64,000 nucleotides of DNA, from contig CP091734.1 in the NCBI GenBank assembly GCA_022009995.1, forward strand, positions 18,801 to 82,800, written 5' to 3'. The notes under the pieces were generated by a model. The model saw only the letters and a list, made by a program, of their open reading frames with translations, searched no databases and was not told where the DNA came from. The DNA is from Clostridiales bacterium. Lineage in GTDB: Bacteria > Bacillota > Clostridia > Christensenellales > CAG-917. Each line of letters opens with the position of its first letter. The first letter of the stretch is position 1. Below, piece after piece: positions 62,262 through 64,000 of the stretch. Made by a program: the position numbers and the translations under genes.

Positions 62262-63311
62262 TTATCTGACGTTGGTTGCCGCGCTTGCGGGGGTATAAAG
62301 TTGATAATTTTCCGCGCTGATGATACCCTGACGGTACATTGCTTCAAGGCACTGTTCCATACTGTACATACCGGCGTTGCGGCTTGTCATCATTGTGTTT
62401 TGAAGTTGGTAGTTTTTCCCTTCGCGGATAATATTTTTGATTGCGCCGTTGCAAATCATAACCTCGGTTGCAAGCGACCTTCCGCCCTTCACGTTGGGGA
62501 CAAGCTGTTGCGACACTACGCCGAGAAGCACCATTGAAAGCTGCACGCGGATTTGTTGTTGCTGATCCGCGGGGAACACGTCGATGATACGGTCAATCGA
62601 GTTGCACGCGCCCGTCGTATGCAGGGTTGACAAAACAAGGTGTCCCGTTTCTGCGGCGGTGAGCGCGGTGCGGATACTTTCAAGGTCGCGCATTTCGCCC
62701 AGCATAATTACGTCGGGGTCCTGACGAAGCGAGGCGCGGAGTGCGCGCGGATAATCGCTTGCGTCGCGCCCGATTTCCCTTTGCGTAATCACGCAACGGT
62801 TGGACGTATAAGTATATTCGATAGGGTCTTCGATTGTGATGATGTGCGCCGTAATGACGCGGTTAAGATAATTGACGATGCTTGCGAGCGTTGTCGTTTT
62901 ACCGCTGCCCGTAGGTCCCGTAACAAGAATGAGTCCGCTTTTTTTGACCGCAAGATTTTTCAGAACTTCGGGAATGCCCAGCGAGCGGAAATCGCCGATT
63001 TCATTGATTATGCGACGAATGGATATCGAAAATCCGTTGAAGTCGCGATATACGTTGCACCTGAACCTTCTGTCGCCGACGGAAAAAGAACTGTCCACGT
63101 CGGAATACAGGTCGAATTCGGTCATTTGTTTTTCGGTAAGAATGTCCTGAATAAAAGAAAAAACTTGCTCTTTTGTGAGAACCGTGTCGTCGATTTGTTT
63201 CAGCGTCCCGGCAACCCTTGCGATTGCACATTTGCCGGACTTGATGTGAATGTCGGAAGCGTCGATTCTTTCAGCAAGTTTGAGGTATTTGATAAGCGTG
63301 TTATCTCTCAT
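62262..63311 (-). CDS. pilT: Type IV pilus retraction ATPase PilT family
   Basis: Intact 349 aa. Walker A VTGPTGSGKTTTLA, Walker B/Asp box DPDVIMLGEMRD, His box TGHLVLSTLHT. Confidence 0.88.
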   Translation of the reverse strand: MRDNTLIKYLKLAERIDASDIHIKSGKCAIARVAGTLKQIDDTVLTKEQVFSFIQDILTEKQMTEFDLYSDVDSSFSVGDRRFRCNVYRDFNGFSISIRRIINEIGDFRSLGIPEVLKNLAVKKSGLILVTGPTGSGKTTTLASIVNYLNRVITAHIITIEDPIEYTYTSNRCVITQREIGRDASDYPRALRASLRQDPDVIMLGEMRDLESIRTALTAAETGHLVLSTLHTTGACNSIDRIIDVFPADQQQQIRVQLSMVLLGVVSQQLVPNVKGGRSLATEVMICNGAIKNIIREGKNYQLQNTMMTSRNAGMYSMEQCLEAMYRQGIISAENYQLYTPASAATNVR

Positions 63312-63453
63312 AAATAGTCCACCTAAAAAGATTTTTCGCGACTTAACGCTACTGAGTAAATTTTATCATACTAATATATAAAAATCAACATATATGCAAA
63401 ATTTTACTTTACTTTAATTAAAATAATAAATAACTCACAGTCCGAAATTCGGG

Positions 63454-63490
63454 TTAAAAAAACCGTCCCTGAAAAAGGACGGTTATTTTT
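63454..63490. terminator. Bidirectional hairpin terminator
   Basis: AACCGTCC-CTGAAAAA-GGACGGTT flanked by A7 and T6 runs, 13 nt after the stop of the ECF S-component gene. Confidence 0.75.
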
Positions 63491-63496
63491 TGTTTC

Positions 63497-64000
63497 TTAT
63501 TTGTCCGACGGCTTGTCCGACTTGGCGTCGGGTTGCTCCGCATTGTTTTCATCGGTATTTCCGGTATCGACAATGCTTTCGGGTTGCTCGTTGTCATCCG
63601 TCGCTTCGTCGTGCTTTTTAACGAACATCGGCTCGTTGAGTCTTTCGATGAAACCTTGCACCGCGTACATTCTTTTAAGGATTGCGTACAGCATGTACGC
63701 GACGACAATCGACACGCCCCCCTGAATGCAGTTGCCGGGCAAACTTTCAAGCGAGCCCGCCCAACCGTACAAAATCGCGCCGGCGAAATAGTAGCCGACA
63801 ACCATCCATACGCCTGCCGCGACAAGCCCGAGAATGTCGATATAGAACTTGTCTTTTTTGTTGAGCTTTTTCACGATAAGTCCGCAAATCAGACCTTCAA
63901 GTCCCTTTATGAGCAGCGTAAACCCCGCCCAGTGCATATATCCGCCGATGACGTCCGCAAGCATACTGCCGATGCCGCCGACAACCATCGCAGGCACGGG
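63497..64000 (-). CDS. ECF-transporter S-component-like membrane protein, 5'-truncated by the window edge, with acidic low-complexity C-terminal tail
   Basis: Hydrophobic helices ..VVGGIGSMLADVIGGYMHWAGFTLLIKGLEGLICG.. The substrate is not assignable. Confidence 0.55.
   Translation of the reverse strand, partial: PVPAMVVGGIGSMLADVIGGYMHWAGFTLLIKGLEGLICGLIVKKLNKKDKFYIDILGLVAAGVWMVVGYYFAGAILYGWAGSLESLPGNCIQGGVSIVVAYMLYAILKRMYAVQGFIERLNEPMFVKKHDEATDDNEQPESIVDTGNTDENNAEQPDAKSDKPSDK

Noticed and set aside
1-64000. Pervasive frame breaks as genuine pseudogenes, programmed frameshifting or an alternative genetic code
   Set aside because: The breaks hit many independently essential genes. They occur at unrelated short homopolymers with no shared slippery heptamer or downstream structure, and two genes carry compensating pairs. 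Stop codons behave normally (TAA/TGA/TAG all terminate intact genes). Sequencing or assembly indels are the parsimonious explanation.
1-64000. CRISPR arrays, rRNA genes, transposases/IS elements, integrases, toxin-antitoxin or known defence systems
   Set aside because: I looked for regularly spaced repeats, rRNA-like sequence, and DDE/tyrosine-recombinase or nuclease-type ORFs on both strands and found none. The only repeat structures are those reported above.

Overview
This is a 64-kb chromosomal core segment of a Firmicutes genome, Clostridia-like and probably endospore-forming, evidently from an indel-prone assembly. I can support about 58 protein genes, 3 tRNAs (Gly-GCC, Cys-GCA, Leu-TAA) and a set of intrinsic terminators and promoter candidates. 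Nearly all genes are on the minus strand (2.7-49.0 kb and 51.2-64 kb). Housekeeping genes dominate, in two classic Bacillus-type syntenies. The first is spoVM-like/rpmB/yloU-yloV-recG plus yicC-remA-gmk-rpoZ-coaBC-priA-def-fmt-rsmB-rlmN-rsgA-rpe (the 'ylo' region), but with no PP2C phosphatase/PASTA kinase pair between rlmN and rsgA. The second is comM-dprA-topA-trmFO-hslV-hslU, with no xerC and no codY. Also present are glyA, trxA, aspS, hisS, tyrS, ilvE, ligA, pcrA, guaA and rplS. By my reading, 29 of 58 genes, including essential ones, need one or more 1-nt frame corrections, mostly at short homopolymers. I interpret this as sequencing or assembly error, so I report full-length gene spans rather than ORF fragments. 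Less ordinary content: a plus-strand IscU/NifU-like + 'GGGtGRT'-family gene pair of unknown function with a duplicated gene tail; two OmpR-type two-component systems, one kinase having an unusual C-terminal membrane anchor; an EFR1-type ferredoxin/extended SDR pair; a CBM-like/GT-C-like membrane protein; an orphan pilT; an orphan Na+-decarboxylase beta subunit; a duplicated tRNA-Leu 3' end (integration scar); and two structured non-coding regions (34-225 and 60.7-61.0 kb). I saw no CRISPR array, rRNA, transposase, integrase or recognisable defence system.
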